From: Utricularia gibba
Lineage: Eukaryota; Plantae; Magnoliophyta
Assembly: GCA_002189035.1 (NCBI GenBank)
Contig: CM007990.1
Coordinates: 496,001 to 560,000, forward strand
Length of the DNA stretch: 64,000 bases
Direction of reading: 5' to 3'
The notes below the pieces were generated by a model. That model had not been told where the DNA came from and did not search any database. It worked only from the letters and a program-made list of their open reading frames with translations. Shown here one piece after another: positions 41,200 to 54,401 of this stretch (the first letter of the stretch is position 1; every line of letters begins with the position of its first letter). The position numbers and the translations under genes are program-made.

Positions 41200-42400
41200 C
41201 TGTGCGAATGGCTAGGGATCATACTCCTTTTCCGAGATTCCAAGTAGAACTGCAAAGGAAGAGAGCATCCATGGCTATGCCTTCCCAAAATGGCCATGTT
41301 GGGAACAGAAGGCTGATCACGGACACCTTTTTCAAGATTCCACCAAGAACAGAAAAAGGAAGGGCGTCAACAGCTCCACCTCTTTACAATGGCAATTTGA
41401 TCCAAGCACATCCATTAGCACCATTAAAAGATCGCGTCTTCATGTGAAATTCCATCGTTTCACATTGCCAGTAGTTGTGCACCACAGCTTTGGATCATCG
41501 CCCTTTTTTTGAAGATTCGAAGAAAAACTGCAAAAGCAAGAGCATCACTGGTTATGCCTTCCATAAACGGCCATTTGATAAAAGCCTGATCACAAGCCCC
41601 TTTTTCAAGATCCCCCCAGGGAGGGCATCCACAGCTCCACCTTTTCAAAATTGCAATTTGATCACTAAGAGTGGAAACTTAACTACTGGAAATATGACAC
41701 CTTTTTTCAAGATTCCACCTATAAAAGAAAAACTCAGAGCATCAATTGCTGTATCTCTCAAAACTGGCACCTTTGATCTCAATACCACCTTCCGCCAAAA
41801 AAAGCAATGGGAAGAGCATCCACAGCCGTAAATCTACCTCTTAATCTAATTGCAGATGCATACGTATTGGGATCAACAGCCCTAATTTCGTAAAATCCTT
41901 TAGTAACCATAGGGCTGACCACAAACCCTGTTTTGAAAATCCCACCAAAAACTGCAATGCAATGACCTCACCTGCTCCAAATCACATTGCCCAGCAATGC
42001 AAAATACGGCCATCACAACCAGCCAAATGATTTCCACTCGACGAAGAACCCAGCGCTAGGAGCCTCATTACGCGATCGGATACATGAATTACACCGCCGA
42101 TTCGAGAGTTTACGTTGATCTATGAAACGTCTACTCCTCGGTCTTCCCTTCCAAAGCCCCCAAATCTCCACAAGGGCCTTCCGGTTCCCTTCACGCTCCC
42201 GGCTCCAGCGAGCTCCTTCCCACTTCTCATGGGCTGTTCATTAGTACAGGGCCACGAAATTGAGCCCTCCCCAATGCATCTACCATTGTTGGGCCGGAGC
42301 TGCGTGGAACAGCTCCGGTCCAATTGGATCCCCCAGTGGGCCCCAGAAGAGGGGAATTTACGGAATTGGGCCTGACGCCCATCTCTGCCAGCTCCACGTG
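41200..42400 (-). pseudogene. Degenerate P-class (RFL-like) PPR repeat array
   Basis: About 100-bp repeated units whose minus-strand translations give LIK..CK.GGAVDAL.FSVLGGILKK, DLEKGACD, MEGITSDAL.FAVFLRIFKK, IAVFGGIFKTGF and EMGVRPNS, with many indels and stops. Confidence 0.7.
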
Positions 42401-45288
42401 AAAATCTTAAAGAGGTAATCATTACAGCAACTGTACGTACGACCGTTTTATTTATATTATTTTAATATTATCCCACGACGTACAATCTTTATGTCAAAAC
42501 CATTAGTGTCCCTTTCGTAGTTAGCTGTCACAAATGATTATTTCGATATTTTAAATTATGTCATGCTCCAATATTTTAATCCTCCCAAAGGCCCACAACT
42601 GCACACATTAATGTCCACACCATTGTTTTTTAAAAAAAAAAATTAAAAAAAATCTTATTCCCCTCGAATGTTACCCTAAAGTTTTTTTATCAGTAAATGT
42701 TTTTTTTTTATTTTTAACAATAAAAAATTATAAATATGTTGTTTTAAATACAAAATTGAAATAATATCAATATATTATAATTATTTCAATTATTGAATAT
42801 ATTGACTTGTAAATCTAATGATTAGTATTTGACTTAATTGAAACCTTTAATATTTCTTAAATTATAAATAATTTAAATTGTAATAACCTAAATGTATTTA
42901 GACATGAGACACATAACATAATTTATAATATTTATTTTAATACTATTAATATTGTCGACGAAACCTACCCAAAGAATTAAAATATGGTTAGGAATACTGA
43001 ATATAATATCCACTATTCAAATCAATTTCGTATCTAAATCAATATCAATTCAATATTTGTATTCATAACGAATAGAGGATGGTGATCCCTACACATCAAT
43101 TGTTTAGAAACACAACTTGGGTTATTTTCCTTTCAATGTTGGTTGTAAATGGATGGCTCCACATCATCACCCCATTGATGGGATGAATGTGATTGGACAT
43201 CATGTGATCCATCCTTGCCAACTAGACATTTTTCTTATTTACATAAATAGCCCATAGTTTTTTGTGTGGATCACATTTTATATTCCATCTAAAATTATGT
43301 ACCACATTTGCTATTTCAGTCATTTGCAAGGGTGCCCCCATGCAAAATGCGTCATCAATCCACTTTCCACCGTGGGTGCTGTAATAACCATGGAATTGAC
43401 ATGCTGTCTTAGGATGGAAGTAAATGTCCGTACAGATGGCTATGGTACAGATTATGTTGCAATTAAAATGGAGTTAATGGGACGCGCGCCCGTGCACTTA
43501 ACTTTTTAAATGAAGAATGACATTGGGAATGAACGTCACGTTAGGATGCAACATATGGCTATTGAATTTTCCATTTATGGAACCAGTTGGCGCGTCAATA
43601 AATGGCAATTTTGATTTTGGACGCGAGGTCCCTTTTGTTCGAGCTATGTAACAAGTAGCTATAAGAAAAAAAAGTTTGCAATTTGTCACTTGATGGGCCC
43701 ATTTCATGTCATCCTAGTATCATTTAGAAATTTGATTATCCTGTGTAAAAGATGATATTGTTACTATTTCTTGGATGGGACCTTAACTTGCCCTTAATCC
43801 AAAACATATCATATTGGTTTCATATGTTTGTACGATATTGTATGTTTTGAACACATAGATTCTTGTCTACAAGTTGCAAGCATTTTGTGCATTGTCAAGT
43901 CTACCCTTGGAGATTTGGGAATCTCGTTTCGTGAAAAGCCTTTCAAATGGGGGTAAATTCGTATAATAACAAAAACAGTGGTTGGTCCAAATAGGGTAGC
44001 GTGGTCCTAAGGGGGGGTAAAATAGGCAATTCAGGGGAGGATTATTAAAATCAGATACACAACTCGAGGATGAAGGTAAGAAGTCGATGGCGCGTCAGGC
44101 TGCGGTTGGCCAGCGGTTGCGCAGTCGGGAATAAGGAGAATGAATGAATGTGAATGTTCGTCCCTTTTCGCTGTCCGAGCGTGGTTTTGGGGAGCAGTTC
44201 TCGCAATGGGTGATCGGAAATTGCGTACGGTACCGGTCGGAGACTAGTCAAAGCGGCACCCAGCTTGCAACGGCGGGTACAGTGTTGACTCTTGCCGGAA
44301 AAGTCGGGTTCTGAGAGGAATCAGGAGAATGTAGACTTGGAGCCACCTTTTTCTCTGCGTGCTCCGGTTTTGGATACCCAAACTGGAGATCACTTTGAAT
44401 CACACATTATGGATTTACTCGTCCTCTCCTTGATTGGTGAATTCTGGAATTAGGTATCAGAGAAGCAAAAACCATCCCACCCACCGCCCACGTGCGCCTT
44501 TTGAGGTGAGATTTTGGCCATGGAGTCCCTCACAGAAGAGCTGCTTGCCTAACTGCTCTTCCCGGCCAGAAACGTCAAGCGAGCTTTAAATATCACGCAA
44601 ACACAAACGCAGCTCCGGGGTGGCGTTTCCGGCGAAGGGAAACTCTTGCTTATAGCAAATCCCACATCGCCCGGGAGGGATTGGGGCGAGCGCTAGCATT
44701 TGGCATTGCTGTGAATCGGACGGCCAGGAGACCGCCAAGGTGGATAATGGGCGATACGATGCCATGTGGCAGCATCCCATTCGTCCCACTCCCCCAGACA
44801 TTTTCATTCGTCAGCTTCAACCAGACAACTCAATGGAATTTTATTACATTCCAAATTGAATTGTAATTTCGTATGACCTAATTATTCCTTTTACTGGAAT
44901 ACTTTTATTTACTTAGAATTACTATTAAGTAAAATAAATTAGCCATCAAAATATTTTTGAAATTATTTTTTAATTCAAAAAAATGTGAGTTTCACATATC
45001 ATATATCTTATTAGCATAAAAGATATTTTTTATTAAAAATTATTATTATTTTTCAGCATTTCATCAAAATCATCTTCAATAAAAATCATTCAATCTTACG
45101 TAAAATAATTTCTTTTATATTTGTATATATGGGATATATTAAAATATAAACTGTAATAAATGGAATTGGAAATCTAGTGGGGGTTTAGGTCATGACCTGG
45201 ACATGGGCCCACCATCCTATCACATGCATCTTTCAATGAAGCCAGAGGATGGTATCTGGACACCACCACTTGCTTACCTTCCACCGTC

Positions 45289-45296
45289 TATTTAAA
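45289..45296 (+). promoter_or_regulatory. TATA-like box of YUCCA
   Basis: TATTTAAA about 100 nt upstream of ATG 45389. Confidence 0.5.
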
Positions 45297-45388
45297 CCTC
45301 CCGTACACCCTGTTCTTCTTCATCCTCAATTTCGGACAAGGAGCAAACGCACAGGGATACAGATTTTTCTCTCCGGAGGGGGGAAAAG

Positions 45389-46705
45389 ATGCTGGGGTTC
45401 GAGGAAAGTGGGGTTTCTTGCAGGTGTGTGTGGGTTAACGGTCCGGTGATCGTCGGCGCAGGGCCGTCGGGGCTGGCGGTGGCGGCGGGGCTGAGGGAGC
45501 ACGGTGTGCCGTTTGTGATACTGGAGCGGGCAAATTGCATTGCGTCTCTGTGGCAGAACAAGACATACGACCGTCTGAAGCTTCATTTACCTAAGAAATT
45601 CTGTGAGCTGCCCGGAGTGCCGTTTCCGGGTGAGTACCCGGAGTATCCTTCTAAGAGGCAATTCATCGAATACCTGGAGAACTACGCGGAGCGCTTTGGC
45701 ATCAACCCTCGGTTCAACGAGTGTGTTGAGTCGGCGAGGTTCGATGAAGGGTGTAACTTATGGAGGGTGAAGACGGTTTCCCCTGACGGCGGTGTGGCGG
45801 AGTATATCTGCCAGCAGTTGGTGGTGGCTACCGGCGAGAATGCCGATCCAGTTGTGCCGGAGATTGAGGGCCTGACGGAGTTCGAGGGACAAGTGATTCA
45901 CGCCTGCGATTACAGGAACGGCGAAAGTTACAGAGGAAAGAAAGTTCTTGTTGTTGGGTGTGGAAACTCCGGCATGGAGCTTTCCCTTGACCTCTGCATC
46001 CACAACGCGAAACCGGCCATGGTTGTACGGAGCTCGGTGAGTGCATACCTTATCAGAATCCTCATTCTATTCTCTCTGTCGCTCTTTCTTTTTTCGCTTT
46101 TCTTCTAACTCTCTGCTCACCAGGTTCATGTATTGCCGAGAGAAATCTTTGGAAAATCCACCTTCGAAGCCGCCATGCTGTTTCTCAGATGGCTTCCTCT
46201 GTGGCTCGTAGACAAGATGCTGCTCGCTCTTGCATGGATTATCCTCGGAAACGTGGAAAAATACGGTCTTAAACGTTCTCCGATCGGCCCATTGGAGCTC
46301 AAAAACACCCAAGGAAAAACCCCTGTTCTCGACATCGGCTCTCTGCAAAGAATCAAATCCGGGGAAATCCAAGTCGTCCCCGGCGTAAAAAAGCTCTCTC
46401 CAGGGTCTGCAGAGCTCACCAATGGCGAAAGGCTGAAAATCGATGCCGTGATTCTCGCAACTGGGTACCGTAGCAACGTCCCCAAGTGGCTACAAGCAGA
46501 TTTCTTCACAGAAAACGGGTTCCCAAAATCCCCATTCCCAAGCGGATGGAAAGGAAAAGATGGTCTCTACGCGGCGGGGTTCACACGGAGAGGGATCGCC
46601 GGTGCATCTGCCGATGCGCTGAGAATATCACAAGACATCGTCCGAATCTGGAAGAGCGACATGAAGCAGCAGAAGGGGCGAAGACAAATCTCAACACTCC
46701 GGTGA
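45389..46705 (+). CDS. YUC: YUCCA indole-3-pyruvate monooxygenase (YUC3/5/7/8/9 clade), 2 exons
   Basis: [15 protein letters not shown] (FAD), [30 protein letters not shown] (NADPH), [28 protein letters not shown]; single intron after VVRSS. Confidence 0.97.
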
Positions 46706-48455
46706 CGGCTGATTCCCACCATTCTTCCATTTTTGTTCATAGATAGCATTAGGGATTCAGAAAAAAACTACTAGCTAGATTTAAACTCCTCCCCCCCCCC
46801 CTCCGGCGAGTTTTTGAATTCCCGCCTGTAAATCAGAATAACTTGGTTCTTTTTCTTTTTCCACCCGATTGCGATGGCTTACTTTTGAGGAAAGTCGTGA
46901 GCTCCAAAGATGGAGTTGGTGTGTTTCCCTATCTCAAGCGGTCCCTTATCTTATCATCACGATGGCAACTGCAAAACTGGGGCTCCGAGAGCGAGAACGG
47001 GGACGGCCGAGGGCATTTCCGGCAACAGAGAAGACATTCCAGTACACTGTCACCCCCAGCAGACCGCACACAGTACCGCTTCTTAGGTGGAAAAGGCCAT
47101 CGGCGTTGGGCTGTTTGGGCGGATGCGAATGCGCTTGTGGATCCCGTCCTCCGCCTGGGCCTGCGGCGGCGGCCGGCCCCATGCTCGTCTCCTCAAAACA
47201 AATTTGGGCACATTGCCCATCAACCGTTCACTCGTTTAATCATCTATCTAATCTTTTTAATATTTATTTAGAATAAATTATTTAATTTTCTAAAAACTGT
47301 TTTATTATTGAATACTAAAAAATTTTATTTTAAAAAATTTAAAACTTTTGAAACCATTTTTTAATATTAAAATATTATCTAATTTAATCATTACAATTTT
47401 ACGTTTTATCTTTTCAAAAAAAGTATTAATACAAAATCAGTATATATATTTAAAATTATACATATATTTTACGAAAATATATTTTATATAGTAAATATGT
47501 GTAATATTTCGAACCATCGTTCCTTTTTATCTTTGATTTATTGTATTTAAATAAATATATATTATACATTTTTAATTAAAAATAAGTACATATATTTTAC
47601 AAATTTAGGTTTAAAATAATGCTATATATGATAGTATATTTAAAATAGATAAAAAGCTTACTCAAATGCGAAAAAAAATATATTTAAATTACATAAATAT
47701 TTTATAAATAATGAAGAGGATGTACCTATCAAACTGATATAATTATCAACGAGTTGTATATTTAAAATAATAAAAATATATATATAAAGGTGTAAAAGCG
47801 AACAAAAAAATAATATTTTTTATGGAAGCATTTTGTTTTTGTTGTTGAACAGTGACATCCCGATAGGGTGGCCATCCTGGCACGTTACCTGTCCCTGTCA
47901 CGAAACCGCTGCACCACCTTCTAAACCGTTGATGCGTCACGTGACCCTAGCCTAGGGTGGTGTGTGCCATAATAATGCCCTAGGGTAGGGACGACCAATT
48001 TATTTTTTTTAATTAATTTATATTATTTGAAAAACAGAAATGGAAAGAGGAGAAAATGGGTTAGTTACAGGGATACAACGGAAGCAGAGGAGAAAACGCC
48101 GAAGAGCACCAGGGTACCGGCGTCCTTGCCTCTACGTTTCTCGTGTCGCCGGAATGTATCCACGCCGGGGGAGATTTTTTTGAACCGGCGTCGGCTTGCG
48201 TGCGTTGAAAGGATTCACTGTTTTGAGGTAAGGAAAGAGTTCGGGTCTTGTATTTGGAGGGTAGGAGTTTCGGCGAACATGCGGTATCCTGTATTGTCAC
48301 TGAAATTGCTTTTTTATCTGAGGGATTGTTGTTTTTTTGTGATTGAAGAATTGATTGGGGTTTGAGGGTATCTTGGAGGTGCGGCGTTGGATCGGATTGT
48401 CTTGTCTCTAGTAGGAGCTCATTGCAGTGGGAAGTGAGGCTTAGGCGACTAATGG

Positions 48456-50948
48456 AATGCTTAGAACCTTTGAAGAAGCTTTATAGAAGCGTCGAGGATG
48501 CATTCATCTCCGGACTGTATGGTGCAAGAAGTGGTATTACAAATTTGTTTTCGCTGTGCTTCATGTAGATGCGTCTTCTTGATGCTTATTAGTTGTTGTT
48601 ACTTGCAGAGTACATTTAAATGCGATAGGGACGCTCCTCCAAATGTCCGTTAACATGTTGATCGTTCAGGAGACGTCTAAGGAAGCAGACGCTTGGGGAA
48701 ATCAGCCTAAACTTGTGACCAAACTGATGGGGCTTGACGACTTTCCCACGGCAGAGAATGATAAGTCGGGTTATTCGCAGATTGCGTCGAGTTGCCATGA
48801 ACCAGAGAACAGATTTGCAGGAGGCACTGATCAGAATGCATTCGACGATGCCCATGATACATGGAAGCGATCATGGAAACCGTCACCATGTAAGGGGAAG
48901 CTTGGAGAGTCTGAAAGTGAGAAGAGGATGATGCATGTTGTTGGGCAGAAGTTCTCCAAAGCAAATAAGTTATCTACAGATGGAAAACTTTGTCAGTTAA
49001 AGCAATTTCAAGATGCAATGGGGTTTTGGGTTCCAGCAATGATGTATTCTTCAAGTGTATGCAAGAACCAGATTCAGTTTCTTCTGAGCAGCGTAAAAAT
49101 TGGTGGTCTGTTCCTTCTCCAGAGCATCGGCGGATCACTGTTCTTTATCCCTCGAGGATTTCCGACCACCGCAACTTTCTGCAAAAGGATGCGTTTTTAG
49201 GCCGAATTCCATCAGATAAATTCAGTACTGGTAGTTCCTGTTCTGCAATCTCGAGTGATTGCGAGATCCCCTCACAACCAACCCGGATAGTTGTTTTGAA
49301 ACCAAGAACTGGGAACGGAGATGGTGGGGGAGTTCCCACTGGTTCTCCAGATGTTGAACCAGGGGAACTGCCTTGTGATACACAGAATCAAGGGCCAGGG
49401 GAAAATACAGATATAACAAGAGAACGGGCACATGCATATGATAGCATGCTTAGCAGAGATGAAGCTTCGACTTCTTCATTTTGCAGCGTGGGTGAGGATA
49501 TCCCAACACCCAGTCAGATATCTTATTCCCCGAAGGTTTACCAGGAAGCAAAGAAACGTCTCTCTGTTAGGTGGGCTAGGATGACATCCAATGAGACATC
49601 CCAAGAGCCAAGATCGGATCTGAGAAGCACCAAGTCGTTGGGCGAGTTGCTTTCTCTTTCTGAAGCAACAGCGGCTGCAGTTCCTGGAGAAAATGATGGC
49701 TCGTATCCAGAAATGGAGGACCCAGAGGGCTCTGTAGTTCTTCAAACGGAAAATGCAGTTGAATCTCCAAGATATCTCGTGAGGTCAAAATCTGTTCCTG
49801 CAACATCCCCGGAGTTCGGAATAACCCTGGATTCGGGCATTTCAGTCGCGAAGCAGGGAATGCAACACAAGAAAGAAGCCAAGGGAAAAAGTGCGAAATC
49901 ATCCTTAAGGGGTTTGATTTCTAGTTTATTTCCCTTGAAAACCAGAAAATCAGGTATGGATAAAGCCTGCAATTCCATACCTGATGATGATGCCTCATCT
50001 TTTCCTGAGGAACCTTGCAAAACAAATGAATGTTGCACACTGAAGAAGCCTACCGTATCTGGAGGACATCTTCCAGAGTATCTAAAGCCTAGCTTGCAGG
50101 GTACATGTATTGTGCTTTACAGTGTTCTTCTACATTCTTGTTGATGATTTCTTTGTTCTGGTGTTAACATGAGTTCTTCAAACTCAGATGGCAAGACTTC
50201 CATCAGCTGGCTAGGGCCGAACCAACTTGGTAAATCACCAGCCATTGGAACCATTCCTCGCACCATATCAGGGGACGAGCCCTGCAGGTGCACGGTCACA
50301 TCTCCTCTTGCCGTAGAGTGCCCCAGTACTCGAATCAAGACGGAAGAATTGGATTGGGTTTCATATGCCAAATTACTGCTAACTGTTTCTGGTCTCCTAG
50401 AACCGAGCTTGTCCAGCTCTTATCCTGAAGGATGGTATTCACCTGAGACTCCATTGAACCCGCTGCTTCGAGATAAGTATATTGAAATGCAAGATAAGAA
50501 GGAGATGATACCCCAGGGAGCGAGAAGCCGAAGCCAATCAACCAGAGCTCTTGTTTTCGACTGCGTAAATGCAGCGTTGTTGGAAACGGCAGGCCCTTGG
50601 TTGGAATTGGGTCATTGCAACTCAGACAGGGATGGGTCGCTCCCATTAGGTGACAAGGTCTTGGCACTTCTGAACTCATGGTTCTCCAGAGAAGCTCTAC
50701 GGATGTCAAATGTGTGCGAGAACAGCGACAGTGTTCCTATGGAGATGGCGATGAAGGATGAGTTGATCAGTGGAAGGTGGACGGATCAGCTGAGAGTTGA
50801 GACAAGCATCATGAACAAGGATATCACAGGGACGTTGCTGGAGGATCTTGTGCATGAGGCTGTCGTTGACATGGCTTGTAGAGTTGAGCAAGACGGGGGC
50901 ATTCTCCTGAATGCATCCAAGCTTTGTCATTACAACCCTTTCCTGTAG
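48456..50948 (+). CDS. TRM: TON1-recruiting motif (TRM) protein, DUF3741/DUF4378 (1-nt frameshift at about 49020; 5' end uncertain)
   Basis: MLIVQETSKE...LVTKLMGLDDFP; QFQDAM/GVLGSSNDVFFKCMQEP; QPTRIVVLKP; EAKKRLSVRW; SLGELLSLSE; PLNPLL; LVFDCVNAAL; LLEDLVHEAV. Confidence 0.85.
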
Positions 50949-51359
50949 GCAATTTTTTGTTGCCGCAGTGCAAATAATGGAATACAGATCAACTGGGGAA
51001 GGAATGCAGAAAGCAAGGAGATGAGCTTACTAAATCCCTGAGTACCAGGATGCAGGCCCAGGAGTAAAAGCCCACATTCCAGCCTCATTTCCACTGTTTC
51101 TAGGTTTGGGGTGATCTACCCTAATTTTCTGATCAGTTGGCAGCAATTTCGGGGGCAAGGGTGAATTTTCTTATAAGCGGCCGCCGTGTGAATCGGACGT
51201 TTAGGGTAAAGACGACGGCGGCCGTGAAAACTAAGTGTTCCAAGGATAAGGCCTTGGGATCAACGAACTAGGCGACGGAAGTGATCAGAGGGATGGTGGC
51301 CGGGAAGGCGGAGGCCACCCGGAACGCCGGGAAGAACGAGGCCGTCAAATTAATGACTG

Positions 51360-51771
51360 CAACTGAACTGCCCGGTCGGCTGGCTCGGACCGGGCCGGTT
51401 GGATGGATATTATTGTACGGGGCGGCGCATTTGGAAACATTCCGATGCTCACATTTTCGGTAACCGCGGTGGGATATTTTGCACGTGGGTAAAGCGTATA
51501 CCTAATCGTGCGACTTGGCAGCCACATCTTGAATCCGCTCCGAAACACCGAAGTCTTTCCATCTATCGTTGTCAGCATGATTGAGTTCAGTAAAAATCTT
51601 ATCTTGTCGCACCCGGAGAAGAAAGATTACTGGGTTGTGTTGTATATGGTTTTTCGAAGCTCTTTCCGAGCGACCCCGTCCATCTTGGTTGGCCGGCCGT
51701 TCTGTGAAGCCGGAAAGGGATGCCTTTCCGCGCGCTCCCCGGTTTGGAATGATGTGTGGTGGATACGGTAG
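51360..51771 (+). pseudogene. Possible F-box/KIB1-4 beta-propeller (DUF295)-like fragment
   Basis: Weak resemblance only: TELPG..., HILNPLRNTEVFPSI, LILSHPEKKDYWVVL, FCEAG...WNDVWW spread over different frames. Confidence 0.25.
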
Positions 51772-51930
51772 CCCCTAGCGGATAAGGAGATACCGCATCG
51801 GAAGGGGAGAGGGGTGACCTGATTTGGGGTGCTTAATATCGAAGTTCTTCTTATTGGTTGAGGTCTGATCCAAGAGGGTCACACCCACATTGAACTAACT
51901 CTGTGATGTTTACTGGACTGCACCTAGAAG

Positions 51931-52340
51931 CTACAAATGAAGAGACAAATCCAGACCCTGATCTATTTTCCTCTCCATGTCCTCGTTACAGGGAACGATC
52001 ATGTGCTCCTCTTCTGTGGCTCCAGAGCTTTCACATTTCCCATTCTTCTGATGAAGTTTCTGGTACCAGTCACCGACGTAAAAGGGGGAGGCCCGAAGGG
52101 GCCCAACCACCCAAACACCTCCTGAGCTTGAGATTGGCAGAGGACGAGGTTTGCAGATGGTAGAAGTGTGTAGCGGGAGGGAAAGCCACTGCCCCTCTTG
52201 CAGTTGCTCTTCCTAGCAGCACTCCTCTCTTTCTTGTGAGCATTCTGATGGCCGCCCAAAGCCTGTGAGCTGCTGAACTTTCTGCAGCAGTATTGACAGT
52301 GAAAAGATTTCTGCTTTGCTATGCTCTGCCCTTCCTCCAT
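51931..52340 (-). CDS. Single-finger C2H2 zinc finger (ZFP/QALGGH) with C-terminal EAR motif (1-nt frameshift as assembled)
   Basis: [27 protein letters not shown]; LDLSLHL* lies in the adjacent frame, ending at TAG 51931-51933. Confidence 0.88.
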
Positions 52341-53832
52341 GGCTGCACCACCACCCTCTATGGAAGCAAAGCGTGAAAATCATCACAAAACGCAAAGAGA
52401 GACAGATAAATAGCAAGTACCTGAAAAGGTTGGTGGGAGGGAAGAAGAGGCTGCGGAAGCCATCAGTGAAAAGTGGTGGAGTCAAAGTAAAAAAAAAAAG
52501 AAAAAACTTTGGATCGATTAAAGAAAACTGTGAACTGAAAAGATGGATAAGTAGAAGGAGACTACATCAAGGAGATAAGGTATGGAGAAAGAGTCGCTGG
52601 ATTGTGCTGCATGGCAGACAAGAATGATTGGTGCGAAACAAACAGAGCAGAGGGCAAGTAGGGCAAGTTTAACATACGGATTGGGAGCAAGAATCTCATC
52701 GCGATCTCATCTACTCCTATCACTTTGTGGCATGCATTTGGAGGACCCTCTTGCTTTAGAATCAAATCCACAGACTTTTTGGTTCCAAAATTCTCCACTC
52801 AACTCACCCAAATACCACCCTTACTTTCACCTCCCCCAGAGTTTACAACATGATTCAATCTCCTTTGTTCCCTGAAACCTTTTTAGGGAAATGATTCTTG
52901 GCAGGTGACAAGAGTGTTCATGGGAGGAGTTGCACATTTTCCCATATGGGCATCCTTGCTTTGGTTTCAGAGTTAACCAGAACTGTATGGGGTGCAGTAA
53001 AAAAAGGAGAAAAGCAGACTACTGGGTGGTTCTGGTAAAAGAAGGGTACTGTTGTAGCAGAAGCAACTGAGATTTGGTCTAAAAAGATGAGGCTGTGAGT
53101 GAAAGTGGGATGTGAAAGGCTGCAGAATCTCCACCTCTCCTCTCCTTGTCAAGATGCTTTGTCCAAAACCATCTATCTACCCAGAGTCCAACACATACGG
53201 CTGTCGTGAAGGTGGAGACAAACCAATTATTATATTGCAATAAGAAATACAAAAAAAACCAACTTTTTTTCCCTATTAAATTGACTATTTTAGTGGTTTG
53301 AAATTACTTTATTAAAAGTAAAGTTTTGATAAGAAATGTTATCTCAAACAGGTTTTAGATAATTTTAAATTACTATCCACATTTGTGGAAAGTTAAAAAT
53401 GTTTTGTCTTAAATGTGTGTTTTGAATAGATTATGCTTCTGGAAACGTGTTTCAAAAATTGTTTTGTTATCAAATACGAGTAATTTTTATTTTGAAAAAT
53501 TAATTTTAATAAGACCAATTAAAGTTGAAATTGAGATAAGGTTTTTCCATTCCTTTAGTTAAGACTACTGACCAAAAAATCATATACAACCTAGTCATTT
53601 GAATTTAAATTCAAATAAATTAAATATTTTATATCCAATAAAAAAATCAGTCGAGGGTAATGTCGTCATTTATATGAAAAATCTGATCAATGGATGGATA
53701 AAATGGGCCTGGGCTGTTCAACAAGATGGCCCACTTTGGGCCCGACTAGCTAACTGGTCCGTTGCAGATTAGGGCGAAGGGGAAAACGGATTCGGAGGAA
53801 CCGCCTTGTTTTCTGCTCCGAGTGGAATCAGG

Positions 53833-54401
53833 ATGTCGAACAATGCATCCGAGCTGCTGCCTTCAGGTTCTTCTCAATACGATTTGATCCTTTTTACCTT
53901 GTTCGTGCGTGCTTCACAGGTTCGTTTTCTACGTTTTGATTCATATGTCAAAATGTTGTCAACAATCCAGAGTTGATCGATCGGTGCATCGGGTCGAAAG
54001 TGTGGGTCATCATGAAGGGAGACAAGGAGCTGGTTGGCACCCTCAAGGGCTTCGATACGTTCGTGAACTTGGTGCTTGAAGACGTCACTGAATAGTCTGT
54101 ACAGTCTTGTAGCTTTGGGTTTTTAATAGCCTTGTAGCCGTTGAGTTTTAACCATTGTCTTGTCGATCTCTGCAGTGAGATAACTTCGGAAGGGCGGCGC
54201 CTTACAAAGCTTGATCAGATTCTACTCAATGGGAATAACATTGCCATTGTGGGTACTTGAATCCATTGCTCCGTAATTCAAAATTTGTGATGTGAATGTG
54301 CTGGGATATTTGACTTGGCACTGATGATGGACTATTCTGCTTATAACGGATTGTGCTAATGGATGCAGCTTGTACCTGGAGGTTCTCCTGATCCTGAATG
54401 A
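53833..54401 (+). CDS. LSM5: Sm-like protein LSM5 (4 exons; absent from ORF track)
   Basis: [11 protein letters not shown]|[42 protein letters not shown]|[24 protein letters not shown]|[10 protein letters not shown]. Confidence 0.96.

Noticed and set aside
41200-41950. CRISPR-like or ARM-repeat reading of the roughly 100-bp repeats
   Set aside because: Eukaryotic context, degenerate units without unique spacers or cas genes; translations fit PPR motifs better than ARM repeats.
44659-44669. Plant snRNA upstream sequence element ATCCCACATCG
   Set aside because: No TATA box at the required spacing and no recognisable snRNA downstream; this motif also occurs in LTRs.
51178-51236. Helitron 3' terminus (hairpin followed by CTAA)
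   Set aside because: Loop too long, CTRR not followed by T, and no matching 5' TC end or captured fragments identified.
52118-52129. 12-nt match to the 5' half of miR390 (AAGCTCAGGAGG on the minus strand)
   Set aside because: The remaining nucleotides do not match, it lies inside the ZFP CDS, and no hairpin is evident; chance match.
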